The notes below the pieces were generated by a model. The model did no database searches. It saw only the letters and a program-made list of their open reading frames with translations, and was not told where the DNA came from. A stretch of DNA of 11,082 nt from contig CAXBPH010000234.1 in the NCBI GenBank assembly GCA_963977445.1, positions 1 through 11,082 on the forward strand. The letters are read 5' to 3'. Numbering within the stretch: the first letter of the stretch is position 1; the number at the start of each line of letters is the position of its first letter. The position numbers and the translations under genes are program-made. Below, piece after piece: positions 7,776 to 11,082 of the stretch. Source of the DNA: an uncultured bacterium (GTDB taxonomy: Bacteria > Hydrogenedentota > Hydrogenedentia > Hydrogenedentales > JAEUWI01).

Positions 7776-7853
7776 GTGACGTGCCCACTGTATTCTTAGT
7801 AGAGCACGTGACAATTGGGAGCGCAGGCGAAAGTGGTCAAGCTTCCGATACGT

Positions 7854-8837
7854 TCACTTGCCGTTGACCACATTGACCCGGGCCACCACGTCCCCCTCAA
7901 ATCCGACGACATAGCCGGTGTTCTTCTCCGCCTCGCCCTTTGGAAAATCCGTGGTGACTATCTGGGCTCCCGACGCCATGGCCCTATCCCGACGGGAGGT
8001 GTCGTTGGCCTGGGCTTCCTTCAAATCCGAATCGGCACGGGTCCGCACGATAAAGCCCGCCGCCACCTGTTTGGGGATTTCGGGGTCGTCGGGATCGTTC
8101 ATCACATAGACGGCCGCGTAGGCCTCATCGGCAAAGGCCTGGAGAAACATGGCCCGTCCTTCGAGGGTCGGATGGCCATCGGCATAGAGTTTCGCCGGGT
8201 TGCCGCTCGTGTGGAGCACAAACATGACTCGCCCCCGGACATCGTCCAGTTTGGGCCAACCGGCTTCCTGAATCCCTTCCTTCAACGTAGCGGCCTCGCC
8301 CCGAACATCGTCAGGACGGATCAGGTGAGCCACGTCAAATACGGAGAGAACTTCCTTCTCGAGTTGTTCCATGGCAATCGCATCGAAGGGCAGTACGGGC
8401 ACATTGGCCTGGGGTATCTTGTCCTCTTTCAATTCGAGCAATACGATGAGAGGCACGTGTTCGGGATGTTCTTTCGACCAATCACGAATAACGGTGGCGC
8501 AATCTACAAAGGTCTCGCAATTGGAATTCATGTCAAACTGGGGCACATGAAAGACTCGAATTGCTGCGGGGTCGTAGTAGAGGTCCAACTCAAAGCTCCG
8601 CACCCCGCTGTCAAGCTGTTCGTTGAGGGGCCGGTGGGCATAGTCCCACGTGGCCGCATCGGGATAGGCGGCCTTCACCATGCTGAAAAGGGGTTCCGTC
8701 GGCTGGGCGTGGTAACTGTTGTGGGAGCCAATAACCTGGATCTGGTTCATGCGCAAGGCGGGACTATTTTCCACGGTGTCGGCCACTACGGACCCACAGA
8801 GTAAAAATAAGCTCAAGGTAATGAGGGCGCGTTTCAT
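7854..8837 (-). CDS. Secreted phosphoinositide-specific phospholipase C-like phosphodiesterase (PI-PLC-C1-type TIM barrel)
   Basis: Signal peptide MKRALITLSLFLLCGSVVA. Motifs LRMNQIQVIGSHNSYH, QLDSGVRSFELD, VFHVP..D..SNC, HP.HVP...LLELK, WPKL..VRGRVMF, GFIVRTRAD and SGAQIVTTDF. SD AGGAG. Confidence 0.9.
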   Translation of the reverse strand: MKRALITLSLFLLCGSVVADTVENSPALRMNQIQVIGSHNSYHAQPTEPLFSMVKAAYPDAATWDYAHRPLNEQLDSGVRSFELDLYYDPAAIRVFHVPQFDMNSNCETFVDCATVIRDWSKEHPEHVPLIVLLELKEDKIPQANVPVLPFDAIAMEQLEKEVLSVFDVAHLIRPDDVRGEAATLKEGIQEAGWPKLDDVRGRVMFVLHTSGNPAKLYADGHPTLEGRAMFLQAFADEAYAAVYVMNDPDDPEIPKQVAAGFIVRTRADSDLKEAQANDTSRRDRAMASGAQIVTTDFPKGEAEKNTGYVVGFEGDVVARVNVVNGK

Positions 8838-8972
8838 TTCGTTCTCCTGACACCGGTTGAATCGGGCTGACTAATATGACTGGACCTGAGTATAACCGGT
8901 TTTCCTTAAACCTGCATGCAAACCGAAATCTCACACCAATCCCATCCAACGGATCCAGGCTTCACGCGCTGC

Positions 8973-9015
8973 CAACAACAGAAACGGGCCACCCACGCCG
9001 TCGCGTGGGTGACCC
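8973..9015 (-). terminator. Intrinsic terminator downstream of sulP
   Basis: GGGCCACCCACGC-CGTC-GCGTGGGTGACCC (8986-9015; 13-bp stem with a G-U pair on the minus strand), followed on the minus strand by GTTTCTGTTGTT. Confidence 0.75.
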
Positions 9016-9041
9016 ATGTGTTTTTGATGGACGTATCGTTG

Positions 9042-10748
9042 TTAATCGGCGAGTTCGTCGCTCGCGATGTGGTAGTTGGGGTCATCATGAAGGTCAACTT
9101 CTATGATGTCGCCCGCCTTCCGGAGGAGGGCCTGACACTCGCGGCTCAGATGCTTCAGGCGAACGTTCTTGCCCAGACTACGGTATTTTTCGCTGAGGGC
9201 ATTAACGGCTTCGAGACCGGAGTGATCGAAAACCTGACATTCCTTAAACTCGATAATTACGTTATCGGGATCTTCATTGGGGGTAAAGAGGTTACGGAAA
9301 CTGGTTACCGCACCGAAGAAGAGGGGTCCGTTCAACTCGTAGGTCTTGACCCCATTGCTTTCGGACGTAGTCGCGTAAATCTTTTGAGACTTTTTCCAGG
9401 CGAAGACCAGCGCCGACAAAATCACGCCGCTGATAACAGCAATCGCCAAATCGAAGGCAACCGTGAGGCCGGATACCATCACGATAATCAGGAAATCAGA
9501 TTTTGGGATGCGATTCCACAGGCGGAGACTCGTCCATTCGAAGGTCGCAATCACGACAATGAACATGACGCCAATAAGGGCGGGGACGGGAATCATCCCG
9601 ATATAGGCCCACAGCGGTTTGAAGACAATGAAGCACAACAGAAATAAGGCGGCAGAAATACCGGAGATGCGCGTGCGCCCGCCGGACCGCATGTTGATCA
9701 TGGACTGACCAATCATGGCGCAGCCACCCATGCTGCCGAAAAATCCTGACACGATGTTGGCCAGACCCTGGCCGATACATTCGCGGTTGCCGTGACCCCG
9801 AGTTTCGGTAATATCGTCGATGAGCGTGAGGGTCATGAGGGATTCGATCAAGCCGATAGCCGCCAACGTAATGGCCAGCCCAAAAATGATAAAAAAATCA
9901 TGGAAGGTAACGTTTATGGCAGGAATTTTGAAATGCCCGGCTTTGCGCTTCACCGGAAGGGTCTCTGGCACGACAAAGGGCGCAGCCGCAATTTCATGAC
10001 CTTTGACGTCAATCTCGGAATAGACCAGGTTGGGTTTCAGCGCTTCAAATTCGGCTGTCTTCCGCTGTTTTTCGACGGAGGCCGTTTTCTGGGTCACTAC
10101 GAAATCATCTACCGTTACCGCATTGAGGGGCGTGAACTGTACAAGAAGCGTCACCACAATGATGGCCGCCAGCGTACCGGGTATGGCACTCGTCAGCTTT
10201 GGCAGGAAGTGAATGATGGCCATGGTCAATATAATAAGGCCCACCGTGGTGTAGAGACCGACACCGCTCAGCCATTCGCCGACCACCACAAAATTACCGG
10301 AATGCTCGTCGAAGACCACCTCCATGTGTTCCTGCAACTGGCCAAACTGAGCTTTGCCGATGACGATGGCAAGCCCGTTTACAAAACCCAACATAACCGG
10401 GTGGGGCAGGAGGCGAATAAACTTCCCTAGTTTCAGGAAACCGCATGCCATCTGAATAAACCCGCAAAGTATGACGGCGGCAAAAAGATATTCCAGCCCG
10501 TAGAGCACCACAAACGAGGTCATCACCACTGCCATGGCACCGGTTGCACCCGAAATCATGCCGGGACGTCCGCCTATGGCCGAGGTAATGAAGCCGACGA
10601 AAAAGGCGGCCCAGAGTCCAACACTCGGGTCCACACCGGCGACGAAGGCGAAGGCAACCGCCTCGGGCACGAGGGCCAACGCGACCGTCAGGCCCGAGAG
10701 CAACTCATTCTTCACATTGAAATTCTTGTTTACTACTAAGTCAATCAT
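9042..10748 (-). CDS. sulP: SulP/SLC26-family inorganic anion transporter with a C-terminal STAS domain
   Basis: ELLSGLTVALALVPEAVAFAFVAGV.P.VGL, GGRPGMISGATGA, NRECIGQGLAN..SGFFGSMGGCAMIGQSMIN..SGGRTR, and STAS motifs GPLFFG and FDHSGLEA. SD TAAGGT. Confidence 0.95.
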   Translation of the reverse strand: MIDLVVNKNFNVKNELLSGLTVALALVPEAVAFAFVAGVDPSVGLWAAFFVGFITSAIGGRPGMISGATGAMAVVMTSFVVLYGLEYLFAAVILCGFIQMACGFLKLGKFIRLLPHPVMLGFVNGLAIVIGKAQFGQLQEHMEVVFDEHSGNFVVVGEWLSGVGLYTTVGLIILTMAIIHFLPKLTSAIPGTLAAIIVVTLLVQFTPLNAVTVDDFVVTQKTASVEKQRKTAEFEALKPNLVYSEIDVKGHEIAAAPFVVPETLPVKRKAGHFKIPAINVTFHDFFIIFGLAITLAAIGLIESLMTLTLIDDITETRGHGNRECIGQGLANIVSGFFGSMGGCAMIGQSMINMRSGGRTRISGISAALFLLCFIVFKPLWAYIGMIPVPALIGVMFIVVIATFEWTSLRLWNRIPKSDFLIIVMVSGLTVAFDLAIAVISGVILSALVFAWKKSQKIYATTSESNGVKTYELNGPLFFGAVTSFRNLFTPNEDPDNVIIEFKECQVFDHSGLEAVNALSEKYRSLGKNVRLKHLSRECQALLRKAGDIIEVDLHDDPNYHIASDELAD

Positions 10749-10834
10749 GCATTTACCTTATCTTTAGATTGGTCCGCTATGGGGACCATAGCGAGGATGT
10801 AGCATCACAACCCGTGGGTTCTGATGTCGTGCAT

Positions 10835-10863
10835 ATCGTGTTGTGAACTGCCCCATCGTGCAA
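10835..10863 (-). promoter_or_regulatory. Possible sigma70 promoter for sulP
   Basis: Minus strand TTGCAC, 17 nt, CACGAT. The -10 is weak (3/6). Confidence 0.3.
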
Positions 10864-11042
10864 TCACGCGAGGTTCAATCAGGCTGATTGGCGCGCACCC
10901 CGGATCGACGACCATGAAAAACACGGCCCGACCGTGACGACAAGCGTATGGATTCGCTGTTTGCGATTTATGAGAACTTCATCATGCTTCGGCTTCGTCC
11001 TGGTGTATCGCCATTGGAGACGTACCGCAAAAGGAGGGCTAC

Positions 11043-11082
11043 ATGACAAATCGGGTACTTCGGAGTAACGCCTTCGACTTCA
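11043..11082 (+). CDS. Probable 5' end of a gene running off the window (MTNRVLRSNAFDF...)
   Basis: Strong SD AAGGAGG (11031-11037) 5 nt before ATG 11043, and the frame is open to the window end. Too short to identify. Confidence 0.55.
   Translation, partial: MTNRVLRSNAFDF

Noticed and set aside
7700..7860. Genomic island integrated at the tRNA 3' end
   Set aside because: No integrase, no duplicate of the tRNA 3' end seen in the window, and the flanking genes look like ordinary chromosomal genes.
8868..8882. Pho box upstream of the PI-PLC gene (AGTCA-tatt-AGTCA on the minus strand)
   Set aside because: The repeat period is 9 bp rather than the 11 bp of PhoB boxes, and it lies downstream of the putative -10.

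Overview
GC-rich bacterial chromosomal window with no integrase, transposase, CRISPR array or recognisable defence system. In order it holds: the 3' end of a DUF3494 ice-binding-like gene; phnA/yjdM; a secreted SGNH-esterase/DUF1080 fusion; a secreted metallophosphoesterase with a poly-Asp tail; an atypical ROK-family gene with a PIG-L/LmbE deacetylase gene; an FmdB zinc-ribbon gene; a small membrane-protein gene; tRNA-Ser(UGA); a secreted PI-PLC-like phosphodiesterase; a SulP/STAS anion transporter; and the probable start of one more gene. The strongest unexplained signal is a ~195-bp intergenic element (4113-4307) bounded by 34-bp inverted repeats. Each repeat is itself a hairpin, and the two copies differ only by one compensatory base-pair swap (REP-doublet/MITE-like). 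The best candidate for an uncharacterised pathway is the ROK + deacetylase pair, which may be an alternative amino-sugar route. All family calls come from motif recognition by eye; no database searches were run.
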